From contig NC_090361.1 of assembly GCF_035084215.1 (NCBI RefSeq), positions 2,108,001 to 2,172,000 on the forward strand: DNA of 64,000 nucleotides, written 5' to 3'. Shown piece by piece: positions 47,001 through 58,919 of this stretch. This stretch comes from Heptranchias perlo. Its lineage: Eukaryota. The position numbers were made by a program, and so were the translations under genes. The notes beneath the pieces are model-generated. The model was not told the DNA's origin. It saw only the letters and a program-made list of their open reading frames with translations, and did no database searches. Position 1 is the first letter of the stretch. Each line of letters starts with the position of its first letter.

Positions 47001-47815
47001 CACTCAGATGTTCCTCAGTCACATTCCCAGGTAATGTGTGGTGAGTGGGACTGATCTATAATAATTTAAAGGGAAGGAAGAAAGAAAACAAGAGCAACAA
47101 CCCTTGACCCTGAATAGATCAGAATGTGCAGTGAATCTAACAAATACAGTGACGATTGCTCTCTGGTTTAAAAAGAAAAGCCCCCCCAGACTAGTCTTGC
47201 ATTTAACATTGCCCACTTCCCATAACCATTACTCTCATACCTGACAGTAGGTTGGCTGATGGACACAACTGAAGGCCTGACTGAGGGCCTGCAGGTCTTT
47301 ATAATCATGTGGGAGTTTGTCCACGCACAGGCACTTGGAATGGATGAGGTCAAGAGTCAGTTGATTCACATCTGTCCAGTGAACATACAGGGTTCGTGTA
47401 CCCAGCTGTTTTCCGAGAAGTTCCGATTTAGCACGGGCAGCAGAGTCCTTCTTCATGTATTCCACAAAACCATACCCTTTTGAGTGTCCAGAAAACTCAC
47501 TGTAGACAAGGAAACACCGCTCCAGGTTCCCAAAAGGCCGCACCAGCTCTTCAAACTGCTGCTGACTGAAGGAGAGAGGCAGGTTTGCAATGCACAGCAG
47601 AGCATCAGTGGGCTGCAGCTGAACTGAAATCTCTCGGTCCCGTAGTGTTGATTGGTGAAATTTCTCAATGGCAGAGTTTGCTTGGTCCCCGTTCAATAAA
47701 GTGACAAAAGCTAGAAATAAACAAGAAAAGGAAAGACTAATTTAACTGACTTTATCCAACCTTATCAATGCCACAGTACAGTTCTGTGGCTGTCAGCAGC
47801 TCTTGCCACATTGAC

Positions 47816-47873
<58 letters not shown>

Positions 47874-50800
47874 GGGGAAATGATGAGTTGACCCTGTCCA
47901 CACTTTCCAGCGCAGGGGGGAGGGGGAAATCATTGGACAGTGATCAGTAATTGTGCTTTGTTGCTCTCAAGGGGCATGAAGCCTAACTCTACCACTCTCA
48001 CTGCTACCACAGTACAGGAGAACGAACTACAGGGAGTTCATTTCTCCAACTGGTGCTAAGGTTCAGTTCCACAGGTGCTGACATCTCTCTGGGTGCCTCA
48101 TCTAAGTGATCCTTCATTACTGTACTGTTAACAACATGCATTTATATCGTGCCAATGTAGTAAAACATCCCAAGGTGCTTCACAGGAGCATAATCAGACA
48201 AAAACTGACACCAAGCCAAAAAAGGAGACATTAGGACAGGTGACGAAAAGCTTGGTCAAAGAGGTAAGTTTTAAGGGGCATCTTAAAAACGAGAGGCGCG
48301 GAGAGGTGTAGGGAGGGAATCCAGAGCTTCGGGCCGAGATCGCTGACAACATGTCCACCAATGGTGGGGCGAGGGTTGTAGGCTGGAAGGGATTGCAGAG
48401 ATAGGGAGGTACAAGGCCATGGAGGGTTTTGAAATTAGCATCAGCCTGGAACTTTTCGATCTGAACAGCTAAGCAGCAGACCAAGTGGTGCATTTGCCGA
48501 CCCAGCCATCAAACCTCTCCTTTTAGTTCAGTTAGCTCATTCAAATGATTTCCCACATTCAAGATTTGTAATAGTTAAAACTGAACCACAGCACCAGTGC
48601 AGTGCAATTCAGACTGGTACAACATACCAGGCAGTACCAGTGCAGAGCAAAAACTACTGGTGCACCATCCAAATCTACTGACATTTTCACAGATGCAGAA
48701 GTTATACACAATTACAACATATTGATACCTTGTAAATTACTCCCCCACCCCACCATTTAATTGCATTTTTGAAGAAAACAAAATGCAGTTTTAGAAAGAT
48801 AAAATTGACTAAACCAAACCACCAAAAGTTGAACTGTTATTCTTTAAAAGACTATAAATGTTACATCTCACAGGCCATAGCTAGGACAAGACAAACAACT
48901 GAGAGGGCTGGAATGACGATCTCACCATGTGAGGAATCAACAGCACAAACTCAAAGCCTCTCACTGTCAGGATAAAGCAACGACTCATCAAATGCACGTT
49001 TTGCCATTTCCTCCTTAACCATGGACAACGCCACTTCAGTTATGTACCAGGAGATATGCACAAGCAACCTCAGGTAATTGGCTAAACAAATTTCCCCTCA
49101 ACTTGGGGGAAGTGCACAGTCATAGCTTTGTACTCAGCTTGGAAAGGGTGCAAGGGGCAACAAGACTGATCCGAGTGCAAAGGGGATGAACTGTGGGCGG
49201 GGGGGGAAAGACTACAGAAGCTTGATTTGTACAGTCTATAAAGAGGGTGGTTTAGTTGAAACCTCATTGAAATAGATAAAATATTAAAAGGAAAAGACAA
49301 GATAAACCCAGATTATTACTTTAATGTACACAAAGAAAATTGAACCTGACATGTGGAAATTAGTGAAACCAGGAAAAGCTTCTTTACACCAAGAGTGATA
49401 AATGTTCAGAATAATCTGCCAAGAAAAAAAGGCAGGAAAAAAAACTTGGGTCATTCAAATTACAATTGGAGGCTATTACTGGAGAGGGATAAGCTTTAAT
49501 GTTCAGAATGGCCTTTCCCCATCCTTGACTTTTCTTCCTCCCGCAACCTTATGGACTAATAAAGATCAGAGATCTTCCATGTGGGGTACTGTACCTCAAC
49601 ACTCCAGGGTACAAAGCTGGGGACTACAGCATGTATTTATTACTTATATACAAGTCAAGCAGTTTTAGATCTCAGGCTTCCCTGAAATCTAAGCAACTGT
49701 GGGCACAACAGAGCACAGGACACTCACCTGTTCCTTTGTACTTGTCCACAAAACAATATTTTAGATCATACTCGCTCAGCAGTTCATAGACCTCCTGTAA
49801 TACAAGACAATATTGATGAGGAATTTTAGTGAAATTAAAAGTTAAAATTGCACTTTCTGGTTTGAGAGATTTAAAAATCCTTCAGTCTGCTCCTTAAGGC
49901 TAAAAAGTAGCAAATGCTGTACAAAACCAATTCATGTAAAAAATGTAAGGGCTCCTTTGATCATAGAAATTACAACAGTAGGCAGCCATTTGGCCCATTG
50001 GCCCTGTGCTAGCTCTTCAATTGAAGCTGCCACTTCCCCACATCCTTCAACATTCTTCATTCAATTCCCTTTTAAGTGATGCAATAGTCTGTGCCTCAAT
50101 AGCCACTTATGGTAAAGCATTTCATGTTCTAATAACCCTGTGAAAATATTTATTTAACCCTTTGTTCATTTAGAGATCATTCGGGGTCTAAGCCCGTTAG
50201 TGATGTACCAATCAGTTGGAAACAACCTTTCACTGTTCACCCTCTCCAAACTTTTCAGAATTTTGAAAACTTTACTGGGTTGCACTTAACCTTGTGTTCC
50301 AGTGATAAAAGCTCCAATTCTTAAAGCCCTTCTTCATAATTATAACCCTCTGATTCCCGTATCATTCCAATAAACCTTTGCTGTAGCTTTCAATCAGTCC
50401 AATATCCTTCCAAAAATGAGGCATCCAGAACTGCAAACAACACACCAATTGTGGCACAGCCACAACTGCTCTTACTCGCTCGTGTTCAAAGCACCCACTT
50501 ACAAAACCAAACCCCCTTGGCCTCTATGGCTTTTTCGACCAACTTTCATTCTTGAAAGATCTATGCAACGGCACCTTAATAGTTCAGGGAATTCAGCCAG
50601 TGTGTTGCTGATCCAGACCAAGAAGGCCCTGGGTTCATGGTTCTGTGGTGAGTTAGCCAGTTTTAGCTACAACATTGGTAGTCATGGCATAACTGGCCTC
50701 AGTACACTCCTGCAACATCTACATGCAGTTCTCTGGAACACCCACTGAAAGCATATATGTGCACGGACAGAACCAGGCTAAATTTTGACATCCCTTTAGT

Positions 50801-53800
50801 CGAATAGCTAATCAACACTCAGGAACAAAGAATGGCTTGCCAGCTGAGGTCCTGGAGAGCACCTGGTTCCCCGTGGAACTGTATCCCAAAGTGAAATCTT
50901 TGGACAGAGGAGGAAAATTGACAAGAAAAAATGTTACCTATGCTGCTCACTGTTAACATGACTCACTCTGACACTCCCTCAGATTTTCCAGTGTGGAGAA
51001 AGTACCTGATTCTCTTCTCACAACTACTCAGGAAGCACTATGAGGAACTATAATGTTACACAACAGCCTCCTGTAGCAGAACAATGACTGCCTCTCACCT
51101 GGACAGCAAGCAAGGGGCAGATAGATCACTGAAACCCTTTTAAATGCAAGTGGTTTTGCTTCGTTTGAAATGAAGGCAAAAGGAGAGTGTGAGCCCCGAG
51201 TTCCTTACAAGCTCTTCACCTGGATCAATACAAAATGCTTTCTGCATGCTCCATATTTTTGTTTCGGATATGGTCAGTCAGGGGCTGGTCCCGAGTATCT
51301 TTTTAAATTCACACCATGCCACACAATTGAAAAATGCTATTTTTAAAGAATGATTGAAAGCAACAAATCTCGATTAACCGAGTGTTTATTCAGTCTGTCT
51401 GAAAATAAGGCGTGCCAGTAAAAGGATTAAAATTACATGTAATTTCAAGATTATGGTCCTTGCAGACTAAAATGCTTTTGGTCACTGGCAACAATACACT
51501 GCCTCGACCGTGCAGCTTCATGATGCATTCCTCCGCACTGGTACTAAGTAACATTCTGTAATTTAATACATCCGACACTGATTATTTGCCGTGACAATCG
51601 GCACGATCATTCTTGATCAACGCGCAGATGCTTTGTTACAAAGTGTGGACATCAACTCAAAAAAAGTTTAAAATCATGTCTTCACCCCGATTTTCCCCCC
51701 TCTCCGATCAAGTTGCTGACTCATTCTGGGATTATAGTTCCACAGGCATTGGCTGCTCTCTGGGACTTAGCCCAAAATCTCATTCTTCACGTGGGCACAG
51801 ATAGTGAGTTGCAGCAGCTCTTACAAAGACAGTGCACGTCTGTGGACGTGGGCAGGGAGAATATTACAGCCAAACTTAATCTTGTCTTCAGCCAACTCCC
51901 ACGTGTTCATTTTCCAGCAGCAGGCATTGGACAGTGGTCAGGAGCACAAACTTTGACTGATCTTTCTCCTCCAGAACCCAGAGCTAAACCGTTGTGCTCA
52001 TTGACTGCTTCGCCTGGGATCAGCTAACTCAGCATAGACTGATCTTTGGACCCTCCTTACTGAGTCTGACTCAGGACTCCATCAGAACAGTTCATTCACC
52101 CATCTCCCCTACATCTCCCAAACTGTTTAAGGACCGGGGGGCGGGGCAGCGAAGAGAAAGAGAGACAAGAAAAGGAAATTCACATTGGTACAGATAAATA
52201 GGACAATGAAAATGAGATACACATTGGCTATAAAGTTTCACCAGAAAAATGTTTACTGAAACAGATGTGAGCACAACTGAGACTGTTCAACATGTAGAAT
52301 ACAACTTACATTAATATAGTGCCTTTCACAGTGAAACATGCCAAGGTCCTTTAAAGGGGAGGTGGCAGACAGTGAGGAAGTCGAAGAGAGTCAGAAGGTC
52401 AAGCCCCCACTCCAGAGACTTCAGCACATCATCTAGGCTGACACAAGTAAAGGAGTGCTGCACTGTCATAGGTACCATCTTTCAGATAAGATGTTAAACC
52501 AAGGCCCTGCCTAAGATGGTCATAAAAGACCCCATGGCACTATTTCGAAGGAGAAGGGAAGTTCTCCCTAGGTCCTGCCCAATATTTATCCCTCAACCAA
52601 CATCAGTGAAATAGATTATCTGGTCACTTATCTCATAACTGGGATCTTGTATAACATAAGGTTCAACAGAATATTCAATTAAAAAGTCTCAAAATTTTAC
52701 AAACCACAGAAGATGCTGGAAATTGACTGCAGGCCCATCAAGATGGGTGAACCTATTGGGTCTACACCCTCCGAGTACTGGAAATCACAAACCTCTACAA
52801 AACTGAGCAAACCAGCAGGCAAGAGGAGAAAGAAAGAACAGGCAAGATCTCACATGCCTAGCACAAAAGAAGACAGTAGTGGTTGTTGGAGGCCAATCAT
52901 CTCAGCCCTAGGACATTGCTGCAGAAGTTCCTCAGGGCAGTGTCCTAGGCCCAACCATCTTCAGCTGTTCATCAATGACCTTCCCTCCATCATAAGGTCA
53001 GAAATGGGGATGTTCGCTGATGACTGCACAGTGTTCAGTTCCATTCGCAACCCCTCAAATAATGAAGCAGTCCAAGCCCGCACACAGGAAGACCTGGACA
53101 ACATCCAGGATTGGGCTCATAAGTGGCAAGTAACATTCGCGCCAGACAATGACCATCTCCAACAAGAGAGAGAGTCTAACCACCTCCCCTTGACATTCAT
53201 CATGTGGAGATGCCGGTGATGGACTGGGGTTGACAACTGTAAACAATTTTACAACACCAAGTTATAGTCCAGCAATTTTATTTTAAATTCACAAGCTGCG
53301 ACAGCATCAATACTCAACACCAACAACAGCCAATCTCCGGAAGCCATCCTACAACTCATCCGCTTCATCCTGGATCACAATGTCTTCACCTTCGATAACC
53401 AGTTCTTTACCCAAACACACGGAACAGCCATGGGGACCAAATTCGCACCCCAATACGCCAACATTTTCATGCACAAGTTCGAGCTGGACTTCTTCACTGC
53501 ACAGGACCTCCAACCAACGCTATACACCAGATACATCGACGACATTTTCTTTCTATGGACCCACGGCAAGGAATCACTGAAGAGACTACACGATAACATC
53601 AACAAGTTCCATCCCACCATCAAGCTCACCATGGACTACTCCTCAGAATCAGTTTCTTTCTTGGACACACGAATCTCCATCAAAGACGGGCACCTCAGCA
53701 CCTCACTCTACCGCAAGCCCACGGACAACCTCACGATGCTTCACTTTTCCAGCTTCCACCCTAACCACGTCAAAGAGGCCATCCCCTATGGACAGGCCCT

Positions 53801-56800
53801 GCGAATACACAGGGTCTGCTCAGACGAGGAGGAACGCGATGGACACCTACAGACGCTGAAAGACGCCCTAGTAAGAACGGGATATGACGCTCGACTCATC
53901 GATCGACAGTTCCGACGGGCCACAGCAAAAAATCGCATAGACCTCCTCAGGAGACTAACACGGGACGCAACCAACAGAGTACCCTTTGTCGTCCAGTACT
54001 TCCCCGGAGCGGAGAAACTACGCCATGTTCTCCGCAGCCTTCAACATGTCATCAATGAGGACAAACACCTCGCTATGGCCATCCCCACACCTCCACTGCT
54101 CGCCTTTAAACAGCCACCCAACCTCAAACAGACCATCGTTCGCAGCAAATTACCTAGCTTTCAAGAGAACAGCGTCCACGACACCACACAACCCTGCCAC
54201 GGTAACCTCTGCAAGACATGCCAGATCATCGACACAGATACCACCATCACACGAGAGGACACCACCCACCAGGTGCATGGTTCATACTCCTGTGACTCGG
54301 CCAACGTTGTCTACCTCATACGTTGCAGGAAAGGATGCCCCAGAGCATGGTACATTGGCGAGACCATGCAGACGCTGCGACAACGGATGAACGGACACCG
54401 CGCAACAATCGCCAAACAGGAGGGTTCTCTCCCAGTCGGGGAACACTTCAGCAGTCATGGACATTCATCCACCGACCTTCGGGTAAGCGTACTCCAAGGC
54501 GGCCTTCGAGACACACGACAACGCAAAATCGTCGAGCAGAAATTGATAGCCAAGTTCCGCACCCATGAGGACGGCCTCAACCGGGATCTTGGGTTCATGT
54601 CACGCTACACGTTACCCCACCAGCGAACAAATGTTATCTGTTTTTAATATAATGGGTCATTTGCTGGCTTTCTCTGCCTTCCGGATGTTTCTGCCTCTCT
54701 CTGTTTTTTTTCCTGTTTGTTTTTTTGTTGAATGTGTATTCGGGGGGTCTGCAGGTGACACCTCTCTGTCTGAACACGGTGATTGCCTTGGCAACGGGCA
54801 GTTGCAGGGGCATTCTGTAAACACCATGTATTGTTCTATATGTATAAATGCGTAGGCTTCGAGGAGCTCCTGAACATTTACCTGAGGAAGGAGGAAGCCT
54901 CCGAAAGCTTGTGAATTTAAAATAAAATTGCTGGACTATAACTTGGTGTTGTAAAATTGTTTACAATTGACATTCATCGGCATTACCATCGCCGAATCCC
55001 CCACCATCAACATCCTGGGGGTCACCATGGACCAGAAACTAAACTGGACCAGCCATATTAATACTGTGGCTACAAGATCAGGTCAGAGGCTGGGTATTCT
55101 GCGGCAAGTGACTCACCTCCTGACTCCCCAAAGCCTTTAGCTCCAACAACACAAGAAGCTTGACACCATCCAGGACAAAGCAGCCCTCTTGATTGGCACC
55201 CCATCCACCACCCTAAACATTCACTCCCTTCACCACCGTCGCACAGTGGCTGCAGTGTGTACCATCCACAGGATGCACTGCAGCAACTCGCCAAGGCTTC
55301 TTCGACAGCACCTCCTAAACCCGCGACCTGTACCACCTAGAAGGACAAGAGCAGCAGGTACATGGGAACAACACCACCTGCACGTTCCCCTCCAAGTCAC
55401 ACACCATCCCGACTTGGAAATATATCGTCATTCCTTCATCGTCGCTGGGTCAAAATCCTGGAACTCCCTTCCTAACAGCACTGTGAGAGAACCTTCACCG
55501 CACGGGCTGCATCGATTCAAGAAGGCGGCTCACCACCACCTTCTCAAGGGCAATTAGGGATGGGCAATAAATGCCGGCCTCGCCAGCGACGCCCACATCC
55601 CATGAATAAATAAAAAAAAGTCAACCTGTGTTATAAAGAGACAGTAAAACTTCAGTTATTTCTGCCAGAACTTTTTTTTCTATATAAACAAAATCCAGGT
55701 TTTATTGGCCTGGCCTCTCCTGAATATGGCCAGGTTCATCATTTTGGAGAAACAAAATTCAAACAAATGGGGTCGGTTTAGAATTCTTTTGTCTTGATAG
55801 TCACATGTTTCCCGCTTGCATGTTTATGGCTATGCTTTGGTGCAAATGAAGATACTGAATTGCATTTTGGAATCATGTCCCCAAACAGCCAGACCAGCCC
55901 ATCATCTGTGCAGCAGTGCCACAACAAGCTGCTGAGAAACTAGACCCTGCTCCTAGAAATTACCCAGGTACAATTAACAGCAACAACTTCATTTAAACCT
56001 GGTCCAAGGCTTTTTGAAGCACAGAACTCTCAAATTAAAAAGGAGCTATGTGCTTTAAATTAAGGAGAAAATTTAAGAGTCTAAAATCCCAACAGAACCT
56101 TCAAATTTATTACTAATTACCTTTCTCTGATGTCAATGGTTGAGTCTCAACCAAGTACTTTATATTATCACATCATCCATCACAACATGGGGTAAAAGTA
56201 ACAAAATGAGAGGCTGGAATACAGGATTTTGAACAAAATTTTGGAGTTTTAAAAAAGGTGCAGGGGAGAGAAAACAGATTCAATTGCAGTAAGAATTTAT
56301 AAAGAGTGATACTGTTCATGTAAAGTAAGTCTGCTTCAACAGAAAATTTAATTAGAAAATACTCCTGCTCTTAGCTCATGAGTTCAGTGAAATGCACGTT
56401 TCTCCACCAAGAATATACCATAATATGAAGTCTTTGTCATGCTCCATAAAAGCTTACTGGATTGCTAACAATTACTAATAAGTTTCCTTTTATGAATCTG
56501 CTCCCATCCCTTGTCGCCACACCGCATTACATTCCATCCTCCCAGACAATGCACTTCCAGATATTCTCTGTTTACTCTACACTATGTAGAATCTTCCAAC
56601 CTGTGGTTGAATTTCACAATTTCATTAAGCCCTGTAGCTACACTGTTCCCTTAGCTCGCATCACCTGTTTCCAGACTGCCTGACAATGAACGTGACAGAA
56701 TAGCACTTTCAGGACTGAACATCCTAAGAAGTCTTAACGGTGACAAATAAGGAAGCAATAGTTTTTAATTTATTTAAGCAAGCCTAAATCCCACTTTAAA

Positions 56801-58633
56801 TGCACCAGACTCTCTGCTTTTTGCAACCTCACAACCATTTAACCCAGAGATCACCTGATTACAAGTTTGCAAAATTGGATCATTTTATCAAAAACAAGGA
56901 ATTGTCTTTTTAAGAATACGAGAACTGGTAATGGGCACTGGTTGGTGAGGTCAGGCATGAAGCTTTTACCCTTTCTGGGATTTAGGTTCAAATCCATCCT
57001 GATCTGTCGGCACAAACACTGAAAAGCTCCAACTGGAAAGTCAGTTTAGCTGAGGTGCAGAGTACAAGTGTCAGTAATTCTATACTGTCTGTCTCACTCA
57101 GTGGCAGCAAAGATCTCTAGTGGCCAAGATTGGAGTGGAATCACACTGGTGTCCATGTGTACAGTGGGGGGGGGGGATGTAATACTATTTTGGTTGCAAT
57201 TAAGATACCTGGTTGAAGTAACAAAGGAAATGTACTTTTACCTGGCTGAGCTTGATGCTAACACTAGGTGAAAGAGGCACCGACTTCCCACGCTTTCAAG
57301 GAGCACAAAAAATTCAACAGTTACCATCCATTAGTGAGGGTTGTGTACATCTGTTGCGAATCACTAAGATAACAAATGGGCTAGAAATGCAAACTGTGTT
57401 AATGTTTATTTTGTGCTGCTCAAACAGATCCCAAAATACACCTAAAAACATATAAACATCGGTCTTCCAAGAGTTCTTATTTGTTTCTTCACCCAAGTAT
57501 TTAGACACACTGAAAAAAATTGTAAGTACATATGGAGCACTAACATGAGATGCAGCATTTTGCAGAGGATGGATAACTACCAGAATGAAAACTCAGTAAC
57601 TTGATGTTAATTATACAATTACATCAAAAAAGATTTACAAACTCCTCTCAAGGGCAGTACACTTCTATAATAAATTCCAATTTTTAAGATGACTCGCATA
57701 GTGTCCCAATTAAATCATTAAAACTCAAGATATTCGGGGAAATCCGGTGAGTTTATTCCATTTAGCAGATTTTTGAGTGTGATTTTTAATAAGATTATGG
57801 GATCTAACAAACTAACCACGTCCTATTTTCTTGGAAAATATACTGAATAAATTCTGATAGAAGTTCCTAAACCCCCTTTTCCACAAACCGATTAACTTGT
57901 TGTGCAGTTGCAGATTTTAATCCTGATTTCTAGCTCTCTCTCCCCCCCCCCCCCCCCCCCACACCTCCTCCCCAACTAAATATCTCCCTTTTTTGGGACA
58001 GGAAAGGGTAGAAAATGAAAAATTGTGAAACCAAAAAAAAAAAATATTCAGCTCAAAGCAAAAGGAATCAACAAATCAATCTGGAGAAATATAAAGTCAC
58101 TGGAGCCCCGGGATCAAAAACGCTCCAACTCGACAGAGAAACAAAGAGCCGGGCCCATTTGCAGCCTTTGCTGACGTCGGCAGCGCGAGCGCTCGGCGGG
58201 CTTTGATTGACAGCGGCGTTCCATCTGGGCCTCGGCCAGCGCCGCCCGCCCGCCCGCCCGCCACAAGGCCTCGGCCCGATTCTCCCTCACTGCCCGTTAC
58301 CTGGGTGATGATGTCCGACGGCAGGTTCCTGATGATGATTTTCCGCCGGTTTCGGAACTCCCGGCAGGTCCGCTCGAGCCGCTGCTCCTTCTCCTCGGCC
58401 TCCAGCGCGGCCAGCGTCTCCTCCGGGGTCCGCCGATGCGACGCGGCCTCCTCACGCTCGAAGCCGCCTGCTTGTCCTCCGTCGGTCTCCGGCCCCTCGC
58501 CCGGCCACTGCTCGTCGTCCGGGAATCCCTCTCCCTCGCCCTCTTCTTCCTCCTCCCCCCGGTTACTTTCCTCATTTTCACCGTTTTCCCTGAAGTCGCT
58601 CGCCGGCGAAGTAACGAACACGGTCGCAGCCAT
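22865..58633 (-). CDS. RAVER1: Ribonucleoprotein PTB-binding 1 (Raver1), 17 coding exons, ~873 aa
   Basis: Three RRMs (exons 1-4), PRI motifs including SLLGEPP, and C-terminus [22 protein letters not shown] matching recalled RAVER1. All exons are GT-AG with compatible phases (sum 2622 nt). Adjacent to FDX2 as in human. Confidence 0.95.
24089..24166 (-). CDS. RAVER1: RAVER1 exon 16
   Basis: [26 protein letters not shown]; 78 nt; ttgcag/gtaact. Confidence 0.87.
25446..25568 (-). CDS. RAVER1: RAVER1 exon 15
   Basis: RSTPCGY...[25 protein letters not shown]; 123 nt; recalled human [19 protein letters not shown]. Confidence 0.9.
26408..26479 (-). CDS. RAVER1: RAVER1 exon 14 (tandem paralogous exon C)
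   Basis: ctttgttag|[24 protein letters not shown]|gtaaag; 72 nt. Confidence 0.8.
27070..27150 (-). CDS. RAVER1: RAVER1 exon 13 (tandem paralogous exon B)
   Basis: tctggctag|[27 protein letters not shown]|gtaagt; 81 nt. Confidence 0.8.
27712..27789 (-). CDS. RAVER1: RAVER1 exon 12 (tandem paralogous exon A)
   Basis: ttttatcag|[26 protein letters not shown]|gtaaat; 78 nt. Confidence 0.8.
28716..28903 (-). CDS. RAVER1: RAVER1 exon 11
   Basis: [20 protein letters not shown]...[10 protein letters not shown]|gtatgt; 188 nt; phases fit. Confidence 0.82.
30334..30424 (-). CDS. RAVER1: RAVER1 exon 10 (PRI3 SLLGEPP)
   Basis: [30 protein letters not shown]; 91 nt. Confidence 0.95.
31813..32084 (-). 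CDS. RAVER1: RAVER1 exon 9 (alternative in-frame acceptor at 32102)
   Basis: [19 protein letters not shown]...[15 protein letters not shown]...ATSG|gtgaga; 272 nt. Confidence 0.8.
32776..32884 (-). CDS. RAVER1: RAVER1 exon 8
   Basis: [36 protein letters not shown]; 109 nt. Confidence 0.92.
35034..35120 (-). CDS. RAVER1: RAVER1 exon 7 (symmetric 87-nt exon, RAVER2-like)
   Basis: tgtcctag|[29 protein letters not shown]|gtaagt; phase 0-0. Confidence 0.75.
37215..37520 (+). mobile_element. Old tRNA-derived SINE (many copies, e.g. 19280-19500, 20560-20790, 24850-25070, 25700-26090, 44660-45050, 51830-52080)
   Basis: Recurrent B-box-like GGTTC(G/A)ATCCC followed by tgagttagctgatctcagc; shared internal segments. 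Confidence 0.55.
38497..40833 (-). mobile_element. Young 5'-truncated CR1 LINE (747-aa ORF2 remnant) in RAVER1 intron 6
   Basis: RT motifs with FADD changed to FTDD; SDHN end of the EN domain; TTCTATGA-type tail. Confidence 0.95.
41648..41751 (-). CDS. RAVER1: RAVER1 exon 6
   Basis: [35 protein letters not shown]; 104 nt. Confidence 0.92.
41990..42300 (+). mobile_element. Old LINE 3' fragment (same family as 55330-55618)
   Basis: Shared sequence ...cctagaaggacaag...gtcaaaatcctggaactccct...ttctcaagggcaa. Confidence 0.75.
42316..43015 (+). mobile_element. CR1 3' fragment, same subfamily as 38497-40833, opposite orientation
   Basis: ORF 42338..42937 is nearly identical to the C-terminal 199 aa of ORF 38575..40818; same 3'UTR and tail. 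Confidence 0.95.
43702..43831 (-). CDS. RAVER1: RAVER1 exon 5
   Basis: [43 protein letters not shown]; 130 nt. Confidence 0.93.
44213..44404 (-). CDS. RAVER1: RAVER1 exon 4
   Basis: [18 protein letters not shown]...[25 protein letters not shown]; 192 nt. Confidence 0.95.
47241..47710 (-). CDS. RAVER1: RAVER1 exon 3 (RRM1 end, RRM2, RRM3 start)
   Basis: [11 protein letters not shown]...KGYGFVEY...QPTYCQ; 470 nt; tttctag/gtatga. Confidence 0.97.
47819..47871. repeat. (GT)n microsatellite
   Basis: ~26 GT units in RAVER1 intron 2. Confidence 0.98.
49728..49794 (-). CDS. RAVER1: RAVER1 exon 2
   Basis: [22 protein letters not shown]; 67 nt; ttacag/gtgagt. Confidence 0.95.
52400..52650 (+). mobile_element. 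SacSINE1/Deu-domain-like SINE (other copies ~3420-3660, 24430-24650, 28045-28230, 62185-62460)
   Basis: Recalled Deu-domain-like core gtgctgcactgtc..gttaaacc..catggcactattt..aatatttatccctcaacc..agattatctggtca. Confidence 0.6.
53202..54966 (+). mobile_element. Penelope-like retroelement (RT + GIY-YIG, Neptune-like), 5'-truncated, with inverted pLTR and 12-bp TSD
   Basis: ORF 53430..54647: MGT..AP.YANIFM, RYIDD, Cys linker [14 protein letters not shown]...WYIGET...R...H GIY-YIG. 60-bp inverted terminal copy 53238-53297/54906-54965. TSD TTGACATTCATC at 53190-53201 and 54967-54978. Confidence 0.93.
54877..54915 (+). ncRNA. Minimal hammerhead ribozyme motif in the Penelope pLTR
   Basis: UUUAC-CUGAGGA-AGGAGGAAGCCUCC-GAAAGCUU-GUGAA. 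Confidence 0.7.
58301..58633 (-). CDS. RAVER1: RAVER1 exon 1
   Basis: MAATVFVT...[19 protein letters not shown]|gtaacg; 333 nt; CpG island. Confidence 0.92.
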
Positions 58634-58790
58634 CTTGAATTAGCAACAGGATCACCGCTTGTCATTGGCTCGACAAATTAAATCGGCACGTGAGCGGGCA
58701 GTGACCGCACTGCCGAGTAATACGGACTCTGATTGGTTCATCCGCCGAACGATCCTTCCGCTCTTGTCAGGTCTCGCGAGATCTGTTGGT
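58625..58790 (-). promoter_or_regulatory. RAVER1 CpG-island promoter
   Basis: YY1-type CAAGATGGC over the ATG, two CCAAT boxes (58664, 58732), CACGTG 58687-58692, palindrome TCTCGCGAGA (BANP/ZBTB33-type motif) 58772-58781. Confidence 0.65.
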
Positions 58791-58919
58791 TGAGGGTTGT
58801 TTATTATTTGGTGAAATAAACAATTTGGGAGGAAATTCCTTCACCGAGTGAGTGGGACTGACACAGGGAGGGGTTGGAGCAGATAACACTGAGGAGGAGG
58901 CTCGATGCAAAGAAAGGAA

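Larger units (their letters stand above)
52870..55618 (+). mobile_element. Old degenerate CR1-clade LINE interrupted by the Penelope insertion
   Basis: [35 protein letters not shown] on the left; the frame resumes [15 protein letters not shown] after the TSD; 3' end with AATAAA and A-tail. Confidence 0.85.

Noticed and set aside
22865-58633. RAVER2 identity for the long gene
   Set aside because: The C-terminus YLKRKRIF, the SLLGEPPKD motif and adjacency to FDX2 indicate RAVER1
58203-58681. Antisense or alternative-frame ORFs over RAVER1 exon 1
   Set aside because: Expected shadow ORFs of GC-rich coding DNA in a CpG island
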